A stretch of DNA of 24,815 nt from Planctomycetota bacterium. Lineage in GTDB: Bacteria; Planctomycetota; UBA11346. Positions 1 to 9,637 of this stretch are shown in pieces. The notes under the pieces were generated by a model that worked only from the letters and a program-made list of their open reading frames with translations, had not been told where the DNA came from and ran no database searches. Both the position numbers and the translations under genes were made by a program. The first letter of the stretch is position 1; the number at the start of each line of letters is the position of its first letter. Location: contig JBBQSO010000081.1 in the NCBI GenBank assembly GCA_038213805.1, positions 1 to 24,815 on the forward strand. The letters are read 5' to 3'.

Positions 1-112
1 GTGCGGCTCAATGGCCTGGCTGCAAACCTGCTCCATCCACCTCAAACACTGCCTCAGGAGGCTTGACTAACAACACAGTCACTCCTGTTCTATCCGGTCT
101 GCGCCTTGAACA

Positions 113-3100
113 TCACGTCGCCGAGATCACCGGTTGCCCCACCGACGGCGTGCCCTCGTCGCGCCCCATGCGCGCCAGGCCCTGGCGCGCCGGGTGGCTG
201 ACGCCGGAACCCTCGGCGATGAGCGTGCGGTAGATGCTGTCGGCGTCGCCGGTGCGCCCGAGGGTCTCGGCGATCCAACCGCCCACCATGATCAACGGCG
301 CGGCCTCCAGGCCACCACCGTGAGTGACCGCCAAACCGTCGACCATCAGCTCCCACGGCAGGTAGCCGAGGCCATAGCAGCCCATGCGCGCGGCGTAGAG
401 CAGGACCAGCGAGGTGCGTTCGACCTCGACCAGGTCGGTGAGCTTGAAGCACCACTCGAGGTCGGCGCGCGCCAGTTCGTCGCGGCTGTTGCGCGCCCAC
501 AGTCCGGCGCGCAAGAGGCGCTCGATCGGCGTGACGTCGTCGCCGCCGAGGGTGGCGAGCAACTGCTCCTCGCAGCCCAGCGAAAGCATGACGAAGAAAT
601 CGCGCACGTAGTCGCGCAGCGCGAATGCGTCGTCGTCGCCGCGGCCCAGGTAAAGCAGGGTCTCACTCGCATCGTTGGTGCGCATCAGGTGGCGGGCGAG
701 CGCGAGGTCGTCGGTGTGGGTGCGCGGGTCGCGCAGCGCGAGCTTGAAGCCGATGCCGCGGCAGCGGCGCATGCTTTCGCGGAAGACCGCGATGCGCTCG
801 TTGTCGTTGCGGTCGTAGAGGTGGTTGAGGAAGGCGCACAGGCTGGTGCTGATCACCAGGGTGAACGAGTCCATGATCACCAGCTCGTCGGGCGAGCCAC
901 GGATCAGCTGCTTGACCAGGTCGAGGGCACGCTCGACGTGGCGGGCGAGGCCCTCGAGGCGCGCCGCCTCCTCGATCTGGGGCAGCAGCCACAGGCAGAA
1001 GCGCGAGCGCACGTAGTCACCCGACTCCTGGTAGGAGAGGATCTCGCGCACCGCGCGCTCGAGGCCGTCGCCACCGGTCGCGGCGCGCAGGCGGGCGAGC
1101 TCGAAGATCGCGTCCTGGGCAAGCGGGTGGTCGAGGTTCTGCGACAGGAAGTGGCGCATCTCCGCCTCGGCGGCGGCGTTAAGTCCCGCGCGCTGGTAGG
1201 CGAGACAGAGCATGAAGTGCGCCTCGACGGCCTCGCCGGTCTCAGCGTGCTCGGTCATGAAACGCCGGTAGGCGTCGATGGCCAGCGAGTGCAGGCCTTG
1301 GCGCAGCAGTTCATTGGCGACCGCGTGGCTCGGCACCATCAGCGGGCTGCGCCGACGCTCGACGGAAAGCTTGCGCACGACCATCTGCGACTTCCAGGTG
1401 GCGATCGCCATCTGCGCGGGCGCGGCGTGGGAACTGACCAGGATGTCCTGGAAGACCAAGGGCTGCTCGTCGTCGAGGGTCAGCACCAGGCGAGCGCCAA
1501 CCACCTCGATGATCAGCTCGCGGATGTGCGAGCGCGCGCGCTCCTTCGAAGTGGTCGCGGCGCCGCGCAGCGGGCGCATGGTCAGCCACTCCGGCGACAG
1601 CACCTCAAGGTCGGTGCCCTCGCCGCGCGCGATGGTCAGCCACTTGCCCTCGTAGGCACCGATGCGGAACTGGTAGGCCGGCCCGGGCGGCACGCCACGC
1701 AGGAATACCCAGAACTCGGCGCCGCGCACCACCTCGACGGACAGGCGCACGCGCACGTCTTCGGCGGGCGGACCGGTGAAGGGGTAGACCTGAAGCCCGT
1801 TGCCGCCGAGCAGCAGGCCGCCCATCTCCGGGTGCTGCACCTGGCCGACCACGTCGCCGAGGATGGCGAAACTGTCGGGCGAGAACGGGCCGAGGTCGGG
1901 CGAGGCGGCGAAGTCCCAGCTGCCCGCGGGCAGCCAGGCGCCCTCGCGCTCGCGCGCCAGGCGCTGGCGCTCGACCTCGGAATACGAGGCCGAAAGCTGC
2001 GACAGCAGGGTGCGCAGCTCGCCGCCGAAGACCTCGCAATCGGGGTAGCGGTCCTGCGGGTCGACGGCCAGCGCCCAGTCGGTGATCACGTGCAGCGCCT
2101 GCGGCGCGTCCGGCCACCAGTCCTTGAGGGTCTTGCGCTCGCCGTTCTGGACGCGCTTGATGAAGGTCATGACCAGCTCGTCGGCGGCCATCTCGCAGGG
2201 CGGGTGCAGGGTCAGCAGTTCGAATAGGATCACACCTAGTGAGTAGATGTCCGCGCGCTTGTCCGCGACGCCGGCCTGGCCCTTGGCCTGCTCTGGCGAC
2301 ATATAAGCCGGGCTGCCCAATACCTGGCCGAAGTGGGTGCTGCGCGCCAGGCGCCCGGTCGACGACGAGCTCGCGTGCGCCTGGCTGTTGCTGGTGGCGG
2401 CGCGCATGCGCACGCTCTCGGCGCGCACCTTGGCCTCGTCGATGCGGATCTGCGAGGTGGTGGCCGGGCGCGCATGCCGCCCCGAGGAGTGGCTCGCGGT
2501 GGCGTGGTTGCTCGGCGTGGCGGTGGTCAGATTGGTGCGTGCGGTGCCCTTCACCGCTGGATCCTGGCCCGGCCCCATGATCACCGTCGCATCCTGGATG
2601 GCGATCTCCTTCGGCGTGGTGAAGAGTTCGTCGAAGGTGTTCTCCAGCGCCTGCGGCGGGGCCGGGCGCTCCTCGCGCAGGCTGCGCGCCAGGCCCCAGT
2701 CGAGCACCCACAGCTCGCCGTAGTTGCCGATCATGATGTTGGCGGGCTTGAGGTCGCGGTGGACGATGTCCTGGCTGTGCGCGTAGGAGATCACCTCGAG
2801 CAGCTTGAGGAACAGCGTCAGGCGCTCGATCAGCGCGAACTGCCGCCAGTGGCTGGAGCTGGCGGCCTTGATCTTCTCAAGGTGGGCCTCCAGGCTGATG
2901 CCGCGCGCCAGGCTCATGACGTAGCACGAGGCGCCGTCCGGCGTCGTGCCCGCCTCGTAGACCGCGACGATGCCGGGGTGCTGCAGCCGGGCGGTGTAGC
3001 GGATCTCCTGGGCGAAGCGCAGTGCGATCTCGGCCTGGCCGGCGACCTGCGGGTCCAGCACCTTGACCGCGACCTCGCGCTCCAGCGCCTGATCCCAGGC

Positions 3101-3190
3101 GGAGAAAACGCGGCCGGTCGAACCACGCCCGATCTCGCGGATCAGGGCGTAGCGGTCGTTGATGAGCCGAGGCTCCTGGGTCGAGGGCAT
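113..3190 (-). CDS. Hanks-type Ser/Thr protein kinase with C-terminal beta-rich and TPR-like regions (PknD-like architecture)
   Basis: Motifs IGRGSTGRV, VAVK, HRDLKPAN, DWG, GSPAYMSPE and DIYSLG. A TPR-like segment follows (AIDAYRRF...EAHFMLCLAY...DAIFELARL). Start reassigned to the ATG at 3190 (MPSTQEPRLINDRY) because the 179-codon extension in the ORF track crosses intergenic repeats. Confidence 0.92.
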   Translation of the reverse strand: MPSTQEPRLINDRYALIREIGRGSTGRVFSAWDQALEREVAVKVLDPQVAGQAEIALRFAQEIRYTARLQHPGIVAVYEAGTTPDGASCYVMSLARGISLEAHLEKIKAASSSHWRQFALIERLTLFLKLLEVISYAHSQDIVHRDLKPANIMIGNYGELWVLDWGLARSLREERPAPPQALENTFDELFTTPKEIAIQDATVIMGPGQDPAVKGTARTNLTTATPSNHATASHSSGRHARPATTSQIRIDEAKVRAESVRMRAATSNSQAHASSSSTGRLARSTHFGQVLGSPAYMSPEQAKGQAGVADKRADIYSLGVILFELLTLHPPCEMAADELVMTFIKRVQNGERKTLKDWWPDAPQALHVITDWALAVDPQDRYPDCEVFGGELRTLLSQLSASYSEVERQRLAREREGAWLPAGSWDFAASPDLGPFSPDSFAILGDVVGQVQHPEMGGLLLGGNGLQVYPFTGPPAEDVRVRLSVEVVRGAEFWVFLRGVPPGPAYQFRIGAYEGKWLTIARGEGTDLEVLSPEWLTMRPLRGAATTSKERARSHIRELIIEVVGARLVLTLDDEQPLVFQDILVSSHAAPAQMAIATWKSQMVVRKLSVERRRSPLMVPSHAVANELLRQGLHSLAIDAYRRFMTEHAETGEAVEAHFMLCLAYQRAGLNAAAEAEMRHFLSQNLDHPLAQDAIFELARLRAATGGDGLERAVREILSYQESGDYVRSRFCLWLLPQIEEAARLEGLARHVERALDLVKQLIRGSPDELVIMDSFTLVISTSLCAFLNHLYDRNDNERIAVFRESMRRCRGIGFKLALRDPRTHTDDLALARHLMRTNDASETLLYLGRGDDDAFALRDYVRDFFVMLSLGCEEQLLATLGGDDVTPIERLLRAGLWARNSRDELARADLEWCFKLTDLVEVERTSLVLLYAARMGCYGLGYLPWELMVDGLAVTHGGGLEAAPLIMVGGWIAETLGRTGDADSIYRTLIAEGSGVSHPARQGLARMGRDEGTPSVGQPVISAT

Positions 3191-3430
3191 GTGCAGGAGA
3201 GGATACGCGATGGACGGCCAGCAGGCAACCGCAGCGCGGGCAGCCGTCCAAGGCGTGCGCGACACCTCCTCGTGCGCTGTTCCCGACCGGCGACGGCCAT
3301 CCAACCACTTCCCAGCAACCACTCTGCCGTGCAAGTTAGCGGTTGTTTCTGAATGGGTGACGCGTGCCCGAGACACCCATGGAGGGCGGGTGGTGTCATC
3401 ACGCCCAGGCGGGAAGGGTGGGGCAAATGT

Positions 3431-3576
3431 CACAGAGCCGCAGAGCCAGACGCAGAGGGCCGCAGAGGACCCCCATGCTGAACTGGGAAGCCCTGAGGAT
3501 GGCCACCGCCTGCCGCTCCATTGAAGCCATGCTCTTGGCTCTGCTGCCCTCCTGCCTTCCCGCTGCATCTCTGGGG
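3431..3576. repeat. Degenerate CGCAGAG-unit inverted repeat element
   Basis: Left arm cacagagccgcagagccagacgcagagggccgcagagg (3431-3468). Decayed complementary arm ctctgctgccctcctgcc...catctctgggg (about 3539-3576). Same unit as the intact element at 12693-12829. Confidence 0.55.
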
Positions 3577-3692
3577 CAAAGGCCTCCAGTCTCGTCAGGC
3601 TTACCCTGATAGCATGGGTGGTTGGTGCGGCGCCCACTGCGGCGCTCCGCGGTCCGCCGTTGCCTCGACCCATCCCGCCCGAGGATGGCGGA

Positions 3693-6608
3693 ATGAGCGC
3701 CATCCCCCAGTCCGCCTCGTTCACCATGACCGCCCGCCGCGAGGTCCCGGCCCTGGGTGTGACGGTCGAGACCTGGAGCCACCCCTGCGGCGCCGTCCAC
3801 TACCACCTCGCCTGCGCCGACGAGCACCGCGCCTTCGTCATCGGCTTCCGCACCAATCCCGAGGACAGCACCGGCCTGCCGCACATCCTTGAACACACCG
3901 CGCTGTGCGGCAGCCAGCGCTACCCGGTGCGCGACCCATTCTTCCAGATGCTGCGCCGCTCGTTGCAGACCTTCATGAACGCCATGACCTTCCCGGACAT
4001 GACCGCGTATCCCTTCGCCAGCCAGGTGGCCAAGGACTACGACAACCTGCTCGGCGTCTACCTCGACGCGACCTTCCGCCCGCTGCTCGACCCGCTCGAT
4101 TTCGCCCAAGAGGGCCACCGCCTCGAGCCCGTCGCCGGGGCCACGCCACCCAAGCCGGAATGGATGAGAAAAGGGGTGGTCTTCAACGAGATGAAGGGCG
4201 CCATGGACGGCACCAGCGAGCAGGTCAGCAGCGCCACCGCGCGCGCGCTGCTGCCCGACACCTGCTACCGCCACAACTACGGCGGCGAGCCGTCCGATAT
4301 CCCGGCGCTTACCCACCGCGATCTGGTCGCCTTCCATCGCCGCTGCTACCGCCCGGCCAACGCCTGCATCGTCACGTACGGCAACCAGCCGGCGCCGGCC
4401 GTGCACGCGCGCCTTGCGCCCTATCTGACCGGCGACGATGGCGTGGCGCTGCCGCCGCCCGGGCTGCAGCCACGCCTGGCCGCGCCGCAGCAGGTGGTGG
4501 TGCCGGTGCCCTGGGGCGAGGGCCAGGACGAGCTCGACGTCACCAGCGTCGCCTTGACCTGGGCGCAGGACGACACCTCCGACCTCGACGAGGTGCTGAC
4601 CAGTGAGCTGCTCGACCGCTTGCTGCTTGGCCACGCCGGCGCGCCCCTGCGCCTGGCGCTGGAGAACAGCGGCCTGGGCCGCAGCACCGGCGGCAGCGGC
4701 TATGGCGCCAGCTACCGCACCGGACTGTTCACCGCCGAACTCGCCGGCATCGCTCAGGCCGACTACCCCAAGCTGGTGCCGCTGGTGCTCGCGACCCTGG
4801 AGGCGGTGGCGCGCGATGGCGTGCCCGCGGCCGAGCTCGACGCCGCGCTGCACCAGCTCGAACTGGCGCGCCGTGAGATCCATGGCGACCATTATCCCTA
4901 CGGCCTGGAACTATGTTTCCGCCTGCTCGCGCCGTGGAACCACGGCGTCGACCCGCTGCCCTTCCTCGACCAGGCGCCGGCCATCGCGCGCCTCCAGCAG
5001 CGCTCGGCCGCGCCCGGCTTCATCCAGAGCGAGATCCGCCGGCGCTTCCTCGACAACCCGCACCGCGCGCTGTTCAGCGCCCTGCCCGACCGTGGCTTCC
5101 ACGTCCGCCAGCAGGCCGGCGAGGAGGCCCAGGTCGCCGCCGAGGTCGCTGCCCTTGACGATGCGGGCCGGACGCGCGTGCGTACCCAGGCCACCGCGCT
5201 CGCCGTGCGACAGGCGAGCCACGACGATCCCGCCGTGCTGCCCGACCTCGAGCTCAGCGACGTGCCGCGCTCGCGCCGCTGGGCCGAAGGCCGCGACGCC
5301 GGCGCCGGGCTGACCATCTTCACCCCGGGCACCAACGGCATCCTCCATCAGGTCCTCGCCTTCGGTCTGCCGCCGCTGACCGGAGACGATCTCGACCTGC
5401 TGCCGGTGCTGACCCAGACCATCGGCAGCCTCGGCGTCGGGCGCCGCGATTACCCGGAACGCTCAGCGCAGCTCAACGCGCTGTGCGGCGGCCTGTGGGC
5501 GTGGAGCGACATCTCCGGCGACGCCGCCGATCTGACGCGCCTGCACGGCCTGCTCTTCGCCGAGGTCAAGGGCCTCGCCACCAAGCAGGCGGAGTTCGCG
5601 CCGCTGCTCGCCGAGACCCTGCACGAACAGCGCTTCGACGAGCACGACCGCCTGCGCGAACTCGTCGAGCAATCCCTGCAGCGCCTGCAGGACCGCGTCC
5701 AGGGCTCGGGCAACGCCTTCGCCGCGCGCGCCGCCGCGCGTGGCTTTGCGGGCGCCGCCGCGCTCGGCCACCGCACCAGCGGCCTTGGCCGCCTTGCCTG
5801 GCTGAAGAGCCTCGCCGCCACCATCGACGAGGACGCGCCCGGCGCCGACGACGCGCTCGCCGCCCTCGCCGCGCGTCTCCAGGCGCTGCTCGCGCGCCTC
5901 GCCGCGCAGCCCTTCCGCTGCGCGCTGATCGGCGATGCGGCGGCTGCACCCGCGGTCATCGCCGCACTGCGCGCGGCGTGGCCGCAGCCCGCGGGCGGCG
6001 CCATCGCGACCCTGCCGGGTCCAGCCGCGCGCGCGGTCGCGCCGACCGCCTACACCACCGCCACCGCGGTCAATTACAGCGCGCTGGCCTTCGCCACCGT
6101 GCCCCTGGCGCATGGCGACGCGGCGCCGCTCGCGGTCGCCGGCCGGCTGCTGACCAACAACGTGCTGCACCCGCGCATCCGCGAGCAGGGCGGCGCCTAC
6201 GGGGCCAGCGCCAGCTACGCCGGCGGCAACGGCACCTTCGCGCTGACCAGCTACCGCGATCCGCGCCTGGCCGCGACCCTCGCCGACATGCGCGCCGCGC
6301 TCGGCTGGCTGGCCGCCTGCCCGGACGACCCGCGCCTGCTCAAGGAAGCCGTGCTCGGCGTCATCGCCGGTCTCGACAGCCCCGGCAGCCCCGCCGGCGA
6401 GGCGCGCTCGCGCTTCACCGCCGACCTCAAGGGCACCGGCCCGCAGCGCCTCGACGCCTTCCGCGCCGCGATCCTCGCCGTCACCCCCGCCGACGTGCGC
6501 CGCGTGACCGCGGCCTGGCTGCCAACTGACGGCGGTAGTCAGGCCGTGGTCACCAGTCCCGAGACCCTGGCGGCGAGCGGACTGGGTTGGGACGCCGAGG
6601 CGATCTGA
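3693..6608 (+). CDS. Insulinase-family (M16C, presequence protease PreP-like) Zn metallopeptidase
   Basis: Inverted zinc motif HILEH in GLPHILEHTALCGSQRYPVRDPFF, plus FMNAMT, KGVVFNEMKG and C-terminal IREQGGAYG...SYRDP. About 970 aa, ATG at 3693. Confidence 0.95.
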   Translation: MSAIPQSASFTMTARREVPALGVTVETWSHPCGAVHYHLACADEHRAFVIGFRTNPEDSTGLPHILEHTALCGSQRYPVRDPFFQMLRRSLQTFMNAMTFPDMTAYPFASQVAKDYDNLLGVYLDATFRPLLDPLDFAQEGHRLEPVAGATPPKPEWMRKGVVFNEMKGAMDGTSEQVSSATARALLPDTCYRHNYGGEPSDIPALTHRDLVAFHRRCYRPANACIVTYGNQPAPAVHARLAPYLTGDDGVALPPPGLQPRLAAPQQVVVPVPWGEGQDELDVTSVALTWAQDDTSDLDEVLTSELLDRLLLGHAGAPLRLALENSGLGRSTGGSGYGASYRTGLFTAELAGIAQADYPKLVPLVLATLEAVARDGVPAAELDAALHQLELARREIHGDHYPYGLELCFRLLAPWNHGVDPLPFLDQAPAIARLQQRSAAPGFIQSEIRRRFLDNPHRALFSALPDRGFHVRQQAGEEAQVAAEVAALDDAGRTRVRTQATALAVRQASHDDPAVLPDLELSDVPRSRRWAEGRDAGAGLTIFTPGTNGILHQVLAFGLPPLTGDDLDLLPVLTQTIGSLGVGRRDYPERSAQLNALCGGLWAWSDISGDAADLTRLHGLLFAEVKGLATKQAEFAPLLAETLHEQRFDEHDRLRELVEQSLQRLQDRVQGSGNAFAARAAARGFAGAAALGHRTSGLGRLAWLKSLAATIDEDAPGADDALAALAARLQALLARLAAQPFRCALIGDAAAAPAVIAALRAAWPQPAGGAIATLPGPAARAVAPTAYTTATAVNYSALAFATVPLAHGDAAPLAVAGRLLTNNVLHPRIREQGGAYGASASYAGGNGTFALTSYRDPRLAATLADMRAALGWLAACPDDPRLLKEAVLGVIAGLDSPGSPAGEARSRFTADLKGTGPQRLDAFRAAILAVTPADVRRVTAAWLPTDGGSQAVVTSPETLAASGLGWDAEAI

Positions 6609-6610
6609 CC

Positions 6611-7144
6611 ATGCAGCTGCGCAGCCGCGGTCGCCGCGTCACGCTGGTTGCACCCGCTGTTGCCGGCGCGGCGCGCGCGGCCGCAGTGCTCTGTTCGTGG
6701 GACGGCGAGGCCCTGCAGGCCGGTGCGGAGCTGCCGGCCGCAGTGCGCGCCCGCCTCACGCCGGCCGAACTCGCCGCGGCCGAGGGCGCCATCGCCACCT
6801 GGCGCACCGAGCGGCGCGAAGCCGCCCGCCGCGCCCTGGTGACGCGCGCCGCAGACGCCCTGCGCGACCTCGCCACGGCGCTCGGCGATCCGGCCGCCGC
6901 GCCGCGCCCGAGCGGCCTGCTCGCCGCGCTCGAAAGCCACCGCCTGCGCACCCTCATCGATGCCCACCACGAGCTTGGCGAGACCCTGCGCGCGCACGCC
7001 GAGCACCTCGGCCTGCTCTACAGCGTGCCCGCCGCGGCCGACCTCTCCGCCGCAGCCGACGATGATCCCGTGATCATCGCCAGCGACCACAGCGACACGG
7101 TCACGGTCAGTCAGTGGGACGTGGCGCGCATCGCGAAGCGCTGA
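6611..7144 (+). CDS. Hypothetical protein (177 aa, Ala-rich, probably helical)
   Basis: ATG lies 2 nt after the peptidase stop, codon usage is GC3-rich, and the ORF fills the gap to the convergent PLD gene. No recognisable motif. Confidence 0.6.
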   Translation: MQLRSRGRRVTLVAPAVAGAARAAAVLCSWDGEALQAGAELPAAVRARLTPAELAAAEGAIATWRTERREAARRALVTRAADALRDLATALGDPAAAPRPSGLLAALESHRLRTLIDAHHELGETLRAHAEHLGLLYSVPAAADLSAAADDDPVIIASDHSDTVTVSQWDVARIAKR

Positions 7145-7169
7145 CAGCTCGCTCGCCAGGCTGCCGCGT

Positions 7170-7796
7170 TCATGGCCGCCTGCGGCGCTTCGCATCCCCC
7201 GCCGTGGGTTCGGCCCCCCACGGCAGCGCGTGCGCGAGGTGCAGCTGCCAGTTGCGCGCGTAGGTCGCGGCTAGGGTGGCATCGCGGATCACCAGCAGGT
7301 TCTCGGCGTTGGAATGTTCCGCCTGGGCGGTGAAGTTGAATGACCCGGTGATCACCACGGCATCGTCGATGATCATCACCTTGTTGTGGGCGATCTGGTG
7401 TTGCCCGTCCGTGAGGACCTCCACGCCCTGGCCGGAGAGCCAATCAGCCTGCGTGTGCTCGCCCTCGCTGTTGCCCTTGCGGTCGACGATCACGCGCACC
7501 GTCAGGCCGTCGCGGTGCCGGGTCTCCAGCGCCGAGCAGATCGCCTCGCTGGTGAAGCTGTAGGCCTGGACGAGGATGCTGCGCTTGGCGTTGCGGATCT
7601 CGGCGACCACCGCCTCGGTGCAGCCGCCCTTGGGCGAGAACCAGGTGCTGATCGCAGGCAGCTGCGCGACCGTCGCCGCTGGGCCAGTGGCTGGCGCGGT
7701 CTGCGCGCCACCATGCCCGCTGCCCTGCACCCAGCCAAAAGCACCAGCGATGGCGGCCACGATGACGACGACCAGCGACTGGGAGGATCCGCGCAT
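7170..7796 (-). CDS. Phospholipase D-family (Nuc-like, single HKD) secreted or membrane-anchored nuclease
   Basis: HNKVMIID (HxKxxxxD) followed by GSFNFT...NAEN, and FSPKGG...IRNAKRSILVQAYSFT. Hydrophobic N-terminus. Start taken at ATG 7796. Confidence 0.9.
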   Translation of the reverse strand: MRGSSQSLVVVIVAAIAGAFGWVQGSGHGGAQTAPATGPAATVAQLPAISTWFSPKGGCTEAVVAEIRNAKRSILVQAYSFTSEAICSALETRHRDGLTVRVIVDRKGNSEGEHTQADWLSGQGVEVLTDGQHQIAHNKVMIIDDAVVITGSFNFTAQAEHSNAENLLVIRDATLAATYARNWQLHLAHALPWGAEPTAGDAKRRRRP

Positions 7797-7868
7797 GCGT
7801 GGTCGTACCCCGAGCGCCGGCCCGCGCCAGAGCAGCGGCAACGGCGCCACGGCGGCGCACGCGTCACC

Positions 7869-8948
7869 TCACGTCACCAGCACCGACTGCGCCTTGCACA
7901 AGCACCACACCGGCGCGCCCGGTGCGAGCTCCAGTTCGGCGACCGCGCGCCGCGAAATCTCGACCAGCAACGTGACGCCGACATCGACGGCGACGACGGT
8001 GCGGGTGACCGTGCCGGTGATGCTGACCACCCGCCCCAGCCATTGGTTCTGCATCGATATCGCGACCACGCGCGTGCGCGCCAGGACCAGGTCCGCGGGC
8101 CGGATGAGCAGCACGCAGGCTGTGCCGACTGGCTCATCGCGCAGCGCGGTCAGCACGGTACGCTCCGCACCCAAGGTGACGCTGGTCAGACCGTCCTCCG
8201 GCGCATGGCCCGCCACCGTGCCGGGCAGCGCGTTGACCAGCCCGAGATCGTGGAGCCGACCGAGATGTTCCGGCTGCGCGGCGAGCTGCGCGACGGTGCC
8301 GCGCGCCACCACCGCTCCGCCCTCCAGCAGCAGCAGGTCGGTGGTCAGCTGCAACACCTCGCCCAGATCGTGGCTGACGTGGATGGTGGGGATGCCCAGC
8401 GCACTGTGCACGCGGCGCAGAAACGGCAGGATCTGGCGCTTCAGCCCGCCATCGAGCCCCGCGAGCGGCTCGTCGAGCAGCAGCAGGCGCGGCGACGCAA
8501 GCAGAGCGCGCCCGAGGGCGACGCGCTGCCGCTCGCCACCGGACAGGGTTGCGGGCCGGCGCGCGAGCAGCGGCCCGAGCGCGAGCAGCGCGACCACATC
8601 CGCGTAGCCGATGCGGCGCTGCGCCGCCGCCAGCAGGCGCTCGCCATAGCGCAGGTTGCCGTCCACGCTCAGATGCGGCAGCAGCCGCCCGTGCTGGAAG
8701 ACCACGCCGATGCGGCGGCGGTGCACCGGCACGTGGATGCCAGCCGCGGTGTCGTCAAGCACCTCGCCATCCACCACCACGCGTCCGACCGCCGGGCGCA
8801 CCAGCCCGGCGATCAGCTGCAGCAGGGTGGTCTTGCCCGCGCCCGACGGCCCGAACACCCCGGTCGCCGGCGCGGCCAGGGTGCTGACGACGCGCAGCCG
8901 GAAGCCGCCGTCGGCGAATCCCACCTCGGCAGCGATGTCCACGCTCAT
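7869..8948 (-). CDS. modC: Molybdate ABC transporter ATP-binding subunit
   Basis: Walker A GPSGAGKTT, signature LSGGERQRVALGRAL, Walker B LLLLDEP, and a C-terminal TOBE/Mop-like region (ISMQNQWLG...LELAPG). ATGA overlap with the modB stop. Confidence 0.93.
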   Translation of the reverse strand: MSVDIAAEVGFADGGFRLRVVSTLAAPATGVFGPSGAGKTTLLQLIAGLVRPAVGRVVVDGEVLDDTAAGIHVPVHRRRIGVVFQHGRLLPHLSVDGNLRYGERLLAAAQRRIGYADVVALLALGPLLARRPATLSGGERQRVALGRALLASPRLLLLDEPLAGLDGGLKRQILPFLRRVHSALGIPTIHVSHDLGEVLQLTTDLLLLEGGAVVARGTVAQLAAQPEHLGRLHDLGLVNALPGTVAGHAPEDGLTSVTLGAERTVLTALRDEPVGTACVLLIRPADLVLARTRVVAISMQNQWLGRVVSITGTVTRTVVAVDVGVTLLVEISRRAVAELELAPGAPVWCLCKAQSVLVT

Positions 8949-9637
8949 GCCGTCTCCACCCGCCGCGCCAGCCGGCGCGCCACCCATTCCGAGCCGATCA
9001 GCGCCAGCAGCGAGATCGCCAGCGAGATCAGCACCAGGCGGCGCACCGCGTCATCGCCGTCCGCGACCTGGGACTGCGCATAGATCGCCACCGGCAACGT
9101 CCGCGACTCGCCGGGGATGTTGCCGGCCAGGGTGATGGTTGCGCCGAACTCGCCCAGCGCGCGCGCGAAGGCCAGCATCAACCCGGCGAGGATGCCGGGC
9201 GCGGCCAGCGGCAGGGTTACGGTGCCCAGCACGCGCAACGGGCTGGCGCCGAGGGTGCGTGCCGCGTCCTCCAGACCGCGGTCAGTCATCTCCACCGCCA
9301 CGCGCACCGCGCGCACCATCAGTGGGAAGGCCACCACCGCAGCCGCCAGCGCCGCGCCCTTCCAGGTGAAGGCGATGCGCAGCCCGAACCACGATTCCAG
9401 CCAGGCGCCGATCAGGCCGCGCCGACCGAACGCGACCAGCAGCAGGTACCCGGTGACCACCGGCGGCAGCACCAGCGGCAGGTGCACCAGCGCGTCGACC
9501 ACGGATTTTCCCGGAAAGCGCGCGCGCGCCAGCACCCAGCCGGTGAGCGCGCCCGGCACCGCCACCAGCGCGACGCTGGCGAGCGCCACCTGCAGGCTCA
9601 GCACCAGCACGGCGATCTCGTCGGCGGTGAGGATCAC
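8945..9637 (-). CDS. modB: Molybdate ABC transporter permease
   Basis: LPLVLPPVVTGYLLL, EAA-like loop LEDAARTLGAS, FARALGEFGAT, GNIPGESRTLP. GTG start at 9637 (alternative 9643) after a purine-rich GAGGGGAAGG. Confidence 0.93.
   Translation of the reverse strand: MILTADEIAVLVLSLQVALASVALVAVPGALTGWVLARARFPGKSVVDALVHLPLVLPPVVTGYLLLVAFGRRGLIGAWLESWFGLRIAFTWKGAALAAAVVAFPLMVRAVRVAVEMTDRGLEDAARTLGASPLRVLGTVTLPLAAPGILAGLMLAFARALGEFGATITLAGNIPGESRTLPVAIYAQSQVADGDDAVRRLVLISLAISLLALIGSEWVARRLARRVETA

Noticed and set aside
1..36. Possible start of a minus-strand gene (MEQVCSQAIEPH) after GAGGTGG
   Set aside because: Only 12 codons are visible, so it cannot be supported.
134..2227. Long antisense or alternate-frame ORFs (also 7386-9083, 13964-15364, 17343-18659 with its GC dipeptide run, and 20330-21874)
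   Set aside because: Shadow ORFs expected opposite real genes in high-GC DNA, with no motifs.
3191..3727. 179-aa N-terminal extension of the kinase ORF
   Set aside because: It runs through intergenic repeats and overlaps the divergent peptidase start. The kinase fold begins right after ATG 3190.
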